Below, in pieces: positions 53,103 to 64,000 of a DNA stretch of 64,000 bases. Position 1 is the first letter of the stretch. Each line of letters opens with the position of its first letter. The stretch is taken from assembly GCF_009914755.1 (NCBI RefSeq), contig NC_060929.1; one strand, given 5' to 3'. The position numbers were made by a program, and so were the translations under genes. The notes below the pieces were generated by a model. That model searched no databases and had not been told where the DNA came from. It saw only the letters and a list, made by a program, of their open reading frames with translations. This DNA comes from the human T2T-CHM13v2.0 reference genome, Homo sapiens.

Positions 53103-54788
53103 CTGTTTTGCCGTCAACTGCCTCTTGGCCAGCCCCAGATATTAGGGATGTCCACGCTGCAGGATGGTCAGCTCCAGGAGAACAAATGCAGAGAAGAGGC
53201 CCAGGTAGGCTCAGGAGGCTGACTCAGGCCATTTGGGTAGAAATATCGGAGATCCTGATGCCTGGAGCATGGTCCAAAAGAAGAAATGGGCTCTGGCAGG
53301 ATTCTAGGTGGAAACATGCCCTTGGCCTCCAGTCTCCTTGTGCCATGGAGAGAATGCAGCTAACAGGGACTGGAGCAGCACCCTTTACTATAGGGCACCC
53401 ATGACTGGGGCTCCTCTTCTCAGGTCTAAGGACATACTGGCCCTACCTCCCAGATGTGCTTCTCTCCAAACTCCCTCCCTCACCCTCTTCCAGGGTGTCT
53501 GGCACAAAATTGAGGATTGATAAATATTTTTCCAACAAAGTACCCTGGTTTCCAAAGGCAAGTTTTCCATTTTCAGTCTTGGGTGCTGCTGAGGTTTAAG
53601 GCTGTCAGCCCTGAGTGAGGCTGTGAAGCTGGGATGGGAGCCAGACATTCAGCACACCTCTGAGCACAGCTAGAATTGATCCTAAGTGTCTCTAAAGAGC
53701 ACACACAATGGATGAGAATTAGATTTGACTCAATGGCTAGTGGCATAAAGCAAGCACCAGACATTTGAGAATGAAACCTTGAGAGCTCTTCCAACCTTTT
53801 GCCCTGATGATGATATTTCCACTGACACTGATAAACTGCTATAATCTCTCTCCACACTCATGCCCAGCTGAGACTTCTCGTGTCCCTACCCAACTATACA
53901 TATTGGTCTGGTAATGACTACCAAGTAAAGTGGATATATTGGAGCTAATAGTTGCTTTGCTGTTCTGTAGAATGCTGCAACTACACATTTAGGAGATTTA
54001 TTTTAAAAGAACTACCCATTTTGATTATATCTCCAGATCAGCCTCTGCAGAATCACAGAACCTTCTATGCCCAACACCAGTAATGATAGCAATGCACTGT
54101 TATTTACCAGACCTGTAAGTCACAGGTCTTCCAAGCTTGTGTATGTTGCAGACATACTTTCTTACTTAGTTTAATGCTATATTTTCAGGTACACTCTCTG
54201 CTATGTCCAGAAAATTATTACTCATAAAAGCAGCTGTTTTCATTAATTGAAGCTAGGTGTTTTAATATTATTTTAGTCCAAATATAAAGGACTTGAGTCA
54301 TAAAGTCCTATTAAAAATTTTACCTGCCATTTTGACTGAACTTATTTCTTTCAGCAGCAGCAGAAAAAGACCAATCTAAGTTATACTCCAGAGTGTTTTA
54401 AGTAAAGGTGAAAAGAAAAGTAAAAGAACAGGGTCATTCTGCATTTCTTTCAGTAAATTTAATTTACTTTTATTTGGAATGGAGTTAATGCAAATCATTC
54501 ATAAACATGGCTCTGAAGATCTCCAATGAAACCGAGGCTACTGAGGCATAAATCTCTCAGGGTATAACTCAAAAATGCAATCAGAATTGTGTTTTCTGGA
54601 AGGCTATTGGATCTAGGCAAGCAACAAAGATTAAACCTATGAGAAATGGGTGGTGCATTCTCTCTAGACCTCCTTCTGACAGTTAAAAATTTCCTTGGCT
54701 TCAGATGAAATCCATCTCTGCCTAAACTCATCATTGGTTCTCTGGGAATAGATGTTGACAAAGAATTATATAAATTGATGTTTTAAAT

Positions 54789-54990
54789 CAACCTTGTCCA
54801 ACCCACAGCCCACAGGCTGCATGTGGCTCAGGATGGCTTTGAATGTGGCAAAACACAACATTATGAGTTTTTTTGTGATTTTTTTTTAGCTCATCAGCTA
54901 CTGTTAGTGTTAGTGTATTTTATCTGTGGCCCAAGGCAATTCTTTTTCTTCCAATGTGGCCCTGGGAAGCCAAAATATTTGATACCCCTG
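54789..54990 (-). mobile_element. MER30 (hAT-Charlie)
   Basis: TTTTAGCTCATCAGCTA..GTTAGTGTTAGTGTATTTTAT..GTGGCCCAAG...ACCCCTG; 8-bp TSD TTTTAAAT/TTTTAAGT. Confidence 0.92.
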
Positions 54991-55299
54991 TTTTAAGTGG
55001 TACTTTTATCTTTAGAGATTTTGAGAAAATTTGATAAATTTGGGGTTAAGAAAAGCAAAATGTGGAGAGGTAATTTATTGAACTACTAATTAATGAGTTT
55101 TTCCCCCTGTATTTCCATGGGAGACTTAAAAGCTAGAGAACAATTCTATATCCTCCTCATCCCTAAGTCTGTGTTTGCATATTTAAAAACTGAGGTTTTG
55201 TTTTGTTTGGCACATTATTGTTATTATTTTACTTTCCCTGAGGGGAATTACACTGGCTTCTGGAAGGGGATGGGAACTGAGGAATGCAGGGAAGAGATG

Positions 55300-55389
55300 T
55301 GTGAAGCAGAAGAATGGCCCCCCAATTATGTCCAAATTCCATTTCCTGGAACCAGGAAATATGTCACCTTACATGGCAAAAGGAATTTA
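55300..55389 (+). mobile_element. MLT1C/D LTR 5' fragment
   Basis: TGTGAAGCAGAAGAATGGCCCCCCAA...GGAACC...AATATGTCACCTTACATGGCAAAAGG. Confidence 0.75.
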
Positions 55390-55458
55390 TAAAAGAAAAA
55401 TGTTCAGAGTGAATAAAAAGTGGGACTCATCTACATGCTATTTACAAGAGATAAACTT

Positions 55459-55794
<336 letters not shown>

Positions 55795-55846
55795 TTAAAT
55801 ATAAAACATAAATAATTTCAAACTAAAAGGATGAGATGATGTATAC

Positions 55847-56108
55847 TGTTAAAGACTTAGGCACATTTGACTTGTAAAAAAGTTTATTTGAGCATTCAGC
55901 AATTCATGAGTTGGGCAGCACTAGACCACAAGTGCTTCATGACTCCTCAGAGAAAGTCCCTAGTCAGAAGTTAATTGGTGGTTTTTGATTAGTTAAGTTT
56001 AGGTTTTGTTTTACTGCTTACCCTGAGTGAGATTCGGTTTGCTTACACAGAAACTCAAGGCACTGGAGGCATTTCAGCCCAGTGGTCTCCTGACTAGTTA
56101 TTTTAACA
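55847..56108 (-). mobile_element. ERV1-class LTR (MER31/MER67-like), short
   Basis: TGTTAAA...AGTTTATTTGAGCA...ATTCATGAGTTGGGCAGCA...TTTTAACA with inverted termini, interrupting L1. Confidence 0.6.
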
Positions 56109-56599
56109 GTATCAGGCAAAAAATAAACTCTAAGGACTTTCCACTTTAGACAATCAAATATTTTATTTGGATTGCTTTCATGAACACCTTATAAAAGTTT
56201 TCCCCTCATGCCCACGCTGATGTTGGCCTGGGGGCTGGCTCAGGTGGAAGTCCCAGAGAAAACTCCTATGGAAAAATTAATACTAACAAAGTAAGTTTCC
56301 ATACCAGAGACAGAGAAGAACATTTAATAATGAAGAAACTCAATGTATCCAGAAGACATAACGTTCCCATATGCACACATATATATCTAAAATCAGAGCT
56401 TTAAAACACATGAAACAAAAACTTACAAGCAAAAAAGAAATAGACAACTCCATAATCATGGTTGAGTAAAAAAATATAGATTAAAAATCTAAGGATATAG
56501 ATTTTAACACTATTAACCAATTTGTGGTCATAAAAATTTATGGAACACCATACTCAAAAATTGCAAGGGCATTTTTTCAAGACTCCAAATAGGAACCTT

Positions 56600-57039
56600 C
56601 ATGGAGCCTCCATCAAACAGGGCCACAAATTAATTAGTCCCTCCTCTCTTCAAAGGGTACAGTTTATTTTCCCACCTCTTTGATGTGAGCTGGTCTTGTG
56701 ACTTGTATGGCAGAATTGGTGTTATGCCACTTATGAGTCAAGGCCACAAGAGGCCCTGACACGTTGTCTGCACCCTCTTGGAATGCTGCTGCCACTATGC
56801 GAAGAAGCTCTGGCTGAGATGAAAAGAGCACATGGAGAGAGGCCCAGTCATGCCAGTGCTCCAACTGAGTCAGACTCAGCCAATCCTCCAGCTGAATGCA
56901 GCTGAATGAGTGTGATCAAGGGAAACTAGCAGAACAATCATCCAGACAGCCAACAGAATTATTAAAAAATAATAAACGGTTGTATTTGGGTCACTGAGTT
57001 TTGGAGTAGCTTGCTATGAAGCAACAGATTGCTGATACT
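56600..57039 (+). mobile_element. MLT1F/G/H-like LTR
   Basis: TGAGCTGGTCTTGTGACTTG...CCAGCTGAATGCAGCTGAATGAG...AATAAA...TCACTGAGTTTTGGAGTAGCTTGCTATGAAGCAACAGAT. Confidence 0.8.
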
Positions 57040-57363
57040 TAAGAAAGACCATATACTTGGCTATAAAAAGATCTTAATACATTTCCATGGATCTAAATCA
57101 TATGAAGTATCTTTCTGACTACAATGAGTTAAATTCTAAATACTACAAATCAATAATAGAAAGATCTAGAAATTCCACAAATGTTTGGAAATTAAACAAC
57201 ATAGTTTTGAATAATTTATAGGTCAAAGAAGAAACTGCAAGGGAATTTGCGAAGTATTTTGTACAGAATAAGGAAATTAATGTATCAAAACTTGCAGGAT
57301 GCAGTAAAAACGACACTTAGAAGGAAACGTATAGTTTGAAGTGTTCAAGTTAGGAGAAAATAA

Positions 57364-57670
<307 letters not shown>

Positions 57671-57718
57671 GGCTAAAAATCCATAAACTAAGATTCTACC
57701 TTAAGAAGTTAGACCAAG

Positions 57719-58037
<319 letters not shown>

Positions 58038-58357
58038 CTAGACAAAGAAGGTAAAAATTAAATCCAAATTTCATAGAAGGAAATAATTAGTCATTACGTA
58101 CAGATGTAGACTTGATTGTGTGGGTAGAGAACATGAGAACATCAAGGAGTCAACAACAACAATAAAAGTCTGTGAGAATCATTAGTGGAATTAGCAAGTT
58201 CAACATAGAAAAGTCAATTTTGTTTCTCTGTACTAACAATAAACAACTTAAAATAAATAAAAATACAACACCATATACAAAAACATGAAAATATAAAATA
58301 CTTAAAAATTTTTACAAAAGATGTAACAGACCTCTACACTTGAAACTACAAATGTGT

Positions 58358-58519
58358 ACAAACACAATCTTCTAAATAAACACTGAACCTTTTGGATAAA
58401 TACCTTTTTGAAAAAAACAAAAAAGAATTTTTAACCCTCTTCCTTTTTCTTCCCTTTTACTCAGAAGGCAGAAGGAAAAAGCGAGGAAGGGTTACATGAT
58501 ATCACAGTGATGGGAGAGG
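58358..58519. repeat. Inverted copy of 59675-59830 embedded in L1
   Basis: e.g. GAAGGCAGAAGGAAAAAGCGAGGAAGGGTTA vs reverse complement of TAACCCTTCCTCCCTTTTTCCTTCTGCCTTC. Confidence 0.9.
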
Positions 58520-58599
58520 TGTGCAAGAAAGCTCATAGGCATTTTTTTGTAGTAGCCTCAAACTGGTAACAGTCCAAATGTCCATTAATGGGAAATTGA

Positions 58600-58915
<316 letters not shown>

Positions 58916-59674
58916 GATACATTCTTATAATAGAATAGTACTCAGCAATAAAAATGAACAAATAACTGATAAACACAACAACGTGGATGGATCCCAAAAG
59001 CATTCCGAAAAGCAAATATTGTCAGATGCAAAAAGTATGTACAGCAGTATATGGTATGTACATATTTCCTTTACATGAAATTCAAGAGCAGCCAGAACGA
59101 ATCTATCTCAATAGACGTCACAACAGCTTTTACCTCTGGGAGGCACAAAAACTGACTGAAAGGAGCAGAAAAAACTTTCTGGAGTGGTAAAGATGTTCTA
59201 CATTTTGACTGGGATATTTGTGGCACATGCATATACATTTGTCAACTGTAGTTTAACGTGTGCATTTGTAGTCAGTACATTAACACTCAATAAAATTAGT
59301 TTATAAGAAAAAGAATGAATTTGCACATCAGTCACGGGAGGTTTCAAGGTCTGGGACAAGTAAATCCCATGGGGCAGACAGCTCAAAGCCTGGAGCTCAT
59401 TGCAGGGTGAGAGTGGCAAGACAGGGTGAGACTCAGATGGTGGGTGGCCCACTGAGAGCCAAGATGGGGATGGCACAGTGGGGAGCAGATGGCCAAACTA
59501 CTTTGGAGCAACCACCATGCAAGACGAGGCGACAGAGGAAGCCTTCGGACTACTGGTGCAGCAGATGCAATGAGGCTCAAAGCCTACGCCCAAAGACTGG
59601 GGGCAATTAGCTGTACATCAGACAGAGGTCAGTGGGGCCTATAAGATAGAATCACAAGGTGACCACCAATGTCT

Positions 59675-59830
59675 CCTCTCCCATCACTGTAGGATTATAT
59701 ATAACCCTTCCTCCCTTTTTCCTTCTGCCTTCAGAGTTAAAGGGGGAACAAAAGGAAGAAGGTTAAAAATTCCCTTTTAAGTAAGAAATTTACCCTAAAG
59801 ATACAGTTTTTTATTTAGAACATTGTTTTA
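59675..59830. repeat. Donor arm of the inverted duplication
   Basis: Reverse complement matches 58358-58519. Confidence 0.9.
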
Positions 59831-60029
59831 GACCAGAAGAAACTGAGTTGTCTTGACTGGAAAATTCAAATGCCTTGCCCCCACTCCAGCTACCACCTTC
59901 AATGAGGGTGGAGACCGCAGAACCACTGGAAGCCTAAGGCTACAAAAAGTAAAGTTCCTTTTTGTTTTGTGTTTGAATTTTTGGGTAACTGTGTGTAATT
60001 TTCAACTCAGATCCATGCTGGTTTTCAGT

Positions 60030-60525
60030 CTCCATTCTGGCTGGAGCATTGTGTGCTTGTGGGGTCATGGCAAGTAATGAAGCTGGGGAGATCAGAAGGG
60101 GCCAGGCCCTTGGGTACCATGTTAAGGAGCTTGGATTTTATCCTGAAGGCAAAGAGAAGGCTTCGAAAAATTTTAAGTCAGACAATAACATGATTAGATT
60201 TATGTCTTAGAAAAAATTTTCACAGAAATATGGGAAATAATTTGAAGCGAGCAAAACTAGAAGCTAGGAGAGTAGATAAGAGGCTATTGGAGAAAACTAG
60301 GCAGGATATCTGGAGGGTCGTTATTAAGGTGGTGGCAGTTGGCATGGAGAAAATGGGATTGAATTATATTAAGGAAGTAAATACACGGGAAAGGTGGAAG
60401 ATAACAATGATGGGTCTATCCTGGCTTGGACGACTGGGTGGATTATGATGCCATTTACCGAGCAAAGGAACACAGAGAGTGTGAATTTGAGGGCCTCAGG
60501 GAAGGAAGATGACGATATATTACTG
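60030..60525 (-). mobile_element. L2 fragment
   Basis: GTTAAGGAGCTTGGATTTTATCCTGAAGGCAA...ATGATTAGATTT...GGAGAGTAGATAAGAGGCTATTG...ATGCCATTTAC. Confidence 0.8.
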
Positions 60526-60527
60526 TG

Positions 60528-60861
60528 TGTATTAGTCTGTTCTCACATTGCTATAAAGAACTACTGGAGATGGGTAATTTATAAGAAAAAAGGTTTAATT
60601 GGCTCACAGTTCCACAGGTTGTACAGGAAACATGGCTGGGGAGGCCTCAGGAAACTTACAATCATGGCGGAAGGTGAAGAAGAAGCCGGCACTTCCTACA
60701 TGGCTGACACAGGAGGACGAGAGAGCGAAGTGGGAAGTGCTACACACTTTTAAACAACAATCTCATGAGAACTCACTCACGAGACAGCACTGAGGGGTGG
60801 TGCTAAACCATTAGAAACCACTGCCATGATCCAGTCACTCCCACCAGACCCCACCTCCAAC
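60528..60861 (-). mobile_element. MSTA LTR, truncated at a microsatellite
   Basis: TGTATTAGTCTGTTCTCACATTGCTATAAAGAAC...GGCCTCAGGAAACTTACAATCATGGCGGAAGG...CCCACCTCCAAC. Confidence 0.92.
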
Positions 60862-60948
60862 TATATATATATACACATATATATATATACACATATATAC
60901 ATACACACACACATATATATACATATATATACACATACATATATATAT
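60862..60948 (+). repeat. (TA)n/(CA)n compound microsatellite
   Basis: Directly visible. Confidence 0.93.
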
Positions 60949-61571
60949 GCCTTCTCATCCATAATTTTCAAATTGTATACTTAAATTTATTATAACATTT
61001 ACTATCTATAACAATACCTAATAAAAATTAAAGCAAGTGAAATTCAAAGAACAACATGATTCTACTTACAGGTCTCTCTGATCCCATTACATTGCCAGTG
61101 AATTCCATTGGGCGTCTTAATTCAAGAAATGATCCCTGGGAGCTCTCTGCCATAAAGGGATTACTATGAAACTGAAGCAGATTGCTTTGTGATGGGTAAA
61201 GCATAAGCAGGTAAGCAATTTGCAATTTGAGTAAAAGCGCAGAGAGCTGTGCTGTCAACACTTTGTCTTGGTAGTTGCAACAGTGGCTCTCAGTCGTGGG
61301 GATGAGGGCAGAGCAGGATTTTCCCACTTCCCACTCTTCCCTTGTTGGGCTAGTTGGTGACCTGGACTCTACTTGCTTCTAAGATTTAACTGTAAATAAT
61401 TTGATGATTCAAATATAATAAAATAAATTCTCCAGAAATGTACCTTGTCCATGCAGAGAACTATGCTTGGCAGTATCCATGTCCAGCTAGGACTCAAGCA
61501 CTTGGTAGCCTTAACAAAAGTTTAGAGACTCAGAATAATGTGCTTGGACACGAGCTCAGACCAAATACATC

Positions 61572-62056
61572 TTTGGTCAGCAGAATGATGGCCCCACAAA
61601 GATGTCCTGGTTATGCCCCCCAAACCTGTAAATATTTTACCTTATGAGGCAGAAAAAACTTGTGATTAAGTGAATGATCTTGAGATGGGAAGATTATCTT
61701 TAATTATTTGGGTGGGCCAATCATAATCACAAGGATCTTATAAGATAGAGATGGAAGAGTCAAAGTCAGAGAGGTGAAGTGATGAGAAAGCAGAGGTTGA
61801 AGTGGTGTGCTTGAAAGATGGAGGAAAGGACCACGAGCCAAGTAACGTGAGAAACCCCACAAGCTGGAAAGATAAGAAAGCAAATTGTACCCTATTGCCT
61901 CCTGAAGAACCAGCCACATTGACACCTTAATTTTAGCCCCTTAAAATCTATTTGGGATGTCTGCCCACTGTAACTGTAAGATAATAAATCTGTGTTGTTT
62001 TATTGAGCCACTAAGAAAGTGGTAATTTTTTACTATAGCAATAGGAAACTAATACG
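61572..62056 (+). mobile_element. MLT1C/D solo LTR
   Basis: GCAGAATGATGGCCCC..AAAGATGTCC...TGAGATGGGAAGATTATC...AACTGTAAGATAATAAAT...GGAAACTAATAC. Confidence 0.9.
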
Positions 62057-63194
62057 AGACATTATCTTCTGTTTGTTTCATGGTCATGTGTCTCAGCATC
62101 TTCCTTCTCATCAATCAGTCAGTCTTACTTAGGGAGGAGGCCAGGTTGAAAGATGCTTCTTAAGTAACATTGAGCCATGAACTGCCACAGCTGCTGGTTC
62201 TTCCTGACCCTATCCCCCTGCTCGCTCACTCCTTACACACACACACCACTGACTCTCTCCTTTAGGTGCTGGGTCTGGGTGGTGGAGCATCTAGGTCGCC
62301 AGACATAGGTTTACAGGGTTTTTCTTCCTCATGGTTATTTGAATACCAGGAAGTGGTGGCTGCTCAAAATCCAGCAACACCCAATCAAAAGTGGGTGGGG
62401 CCATGGAAATCCAACCTGAGTCGAGATTCGTCCAAAGGATAGTCTCCATAAGCTACAATTGTCAAATGCAAACTTCTGACCCATACACATTATGAGTTTG
62501 AAAGAACATTTAGGGAAAAGGTATTTAAACACTGTCTCTCATACGCACTCAGTATCAGTACAGCTGACAGCCTGAGAAGTTACTCCATGTTAAAAAACTG
62601 TTGTAAACACCTTCTGTACCAAACGCTTCTAGGCTGACACTGAATCACTCAACCTGGCTCTTGCTAGACCCCTCATTTTTTCCCCAACTGGGAAGACGTC
62701 TATGTAATTTCATTTGACTCTGTTGATCACCAATATGCTACAGAGGGCATTTAGAGATTAATTGCATAGGCATTTTTGCAGCCCATAGAGAAGGCTTCAG
62801 GAAACTGTTACAATGAGTAATTGTTCATTCAATAGACATTACAGCAATTCCAGACATGCAGTGATGAAATTAATCATAGTCTAAAACATTCAACCAGGAA
62901 CTTGTAAACAGCCTATCTTAGAGTATTTCCAACAGACCAATTCTTTCATCCTTTCAGAAAACTTTATTCAAATCACAAATGCCTGTAAGATATTTGTAGA
63001 GCCTTTCCAAGGATCTCAGCTGGCAGAATAACTATTGAAGAGATAATCTATTCAGGAAAGATAAAATGTTTTCCAGCCTTCATATAAATTGTATTTCCTC
63101 TTTGTTTCTGAAATGATGGCAGCCAGAAAGAGGTCTGCCTTGATAAAGAAGACGTTGAAGCTAATGTGGATTCTGATAATGGTGTGTTGGTGTT

Positions 63195-63272
63195 GAAGAA
63201 GAAAAAGAAAGGGAAGAAGGGAAAGAACGAGAATAAGAAGGAGGAGGAGAAGAAGGGTCGGGGAGGAAGGGA
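63195..63272 (+). repeat. GA-rich low-complexity tract
   Basis: Directly visible. Confidence 0.8.
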
Positions 63273-63676
63273 ACTGGCAAGTGTCAGAGCTATAAGAAAT
63301 CTTAGTGGTTATATAATCTGACCAGCACATGCACTGCAATCTCCTAGCTGGTGAATAATGGTGATTTATTTGGCTTTCAACATTGTCACATGATTCTTTT
63401 TAATGCAAACTTTGTCCAGTTAACACTGTACACAGTGTTGATCAGGGCATCCTTCTGCGCAAGTTAACCTACTTAGTGCAAGACTTTATACTTAAGCCCA
63501 GGAGTGGGTGCTCACATGGATGACCCTATAAAGTCACGGTTTCTGGTATCAACTGTCACCTTGCTGTTCCAGACAAGCCTTCTCTTTCCCAGTTCCCTTC
63601 CTTTCCCATCCTCCACCATATTTAAACTTTCAACAATCTCCTCTGACCCTAACATCTCCTTTCTTATTCCTAGCAT

Positions 63677-64000
63677 ATTCATTTATTGATTTTAAAAAAA
63701 TATTTGTTGAGAGTTTACTGTGTGCCAATCATGCTGTGTGCCAGTCATGCTAAGCATCAGGGGAGCAGCATTGAACAAAATATAGCCCCAGCTCTCATGA
63801 AGTTTATGTTCTAGTGGAGGTAAAGAGTAGGAAATAAACATATACTACGTTGGATGCTGGAAAGTTTTCCAGGGAACATAAGGCAGAGGGAGGGAGCAGA
63901 GAGCAGGAAGAGAGCACCATTTTAGAGTGGTCCAAGAGGACTTCATGACAGGAAGGAAGCAAAGTGGTCCATGAGGACATGCGGCAAGTGTGTTCTAGGT
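63677..64000 (-). mobile_element. L2 3' fragment
   Basis: ATTCATTTATTG...TATTTGTTGAG..TTTACTGTGTGCCA...CCCAGCTCTCATGAAGTTTATGTTCTAGTGG. Confidence 0.8.

Overview
Primate (human-like) non-coding genomic DNA, intronic or intergenic, AT-rich and CpG-poor. I find no credible protein-coding exon; the ORF track consists of chance ORFs plus repeat-derived frames (Alu, L1, Tigger1 transposase). The window is dominated by interspersed repeats: 11 Alus, several old L1M fragments, MIR/L2/CR1 relics, many MaLR and ERV LTRs (often nested, several with clean 5-bp target-site duplications), a near-full-length Tigger1, MER20, MER30, MARNA and a tailless 5S rRNA retropseudogene. I see no evidence for a new multi-gene biological system. 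The most unusual signals are structural. Two old L1 copies carry inserted copies of nearby unique DNA: a ~460-bp direct copy (45406-45868, donor 50015-50456) and a ~160-bp inverted copy (58358-58519, donor 59675-59830). Both look like fossil template-switch repair events. There is also a perfect DR4 nuclear-receptor element, a 20-bp perfect inverted repeat and a collapsed MLT1 provirus. Repeat subfamily names come from remembered consensus sequences and need RepeatMasker/Dfam confirmation; boundaries of old repeats are approximate.
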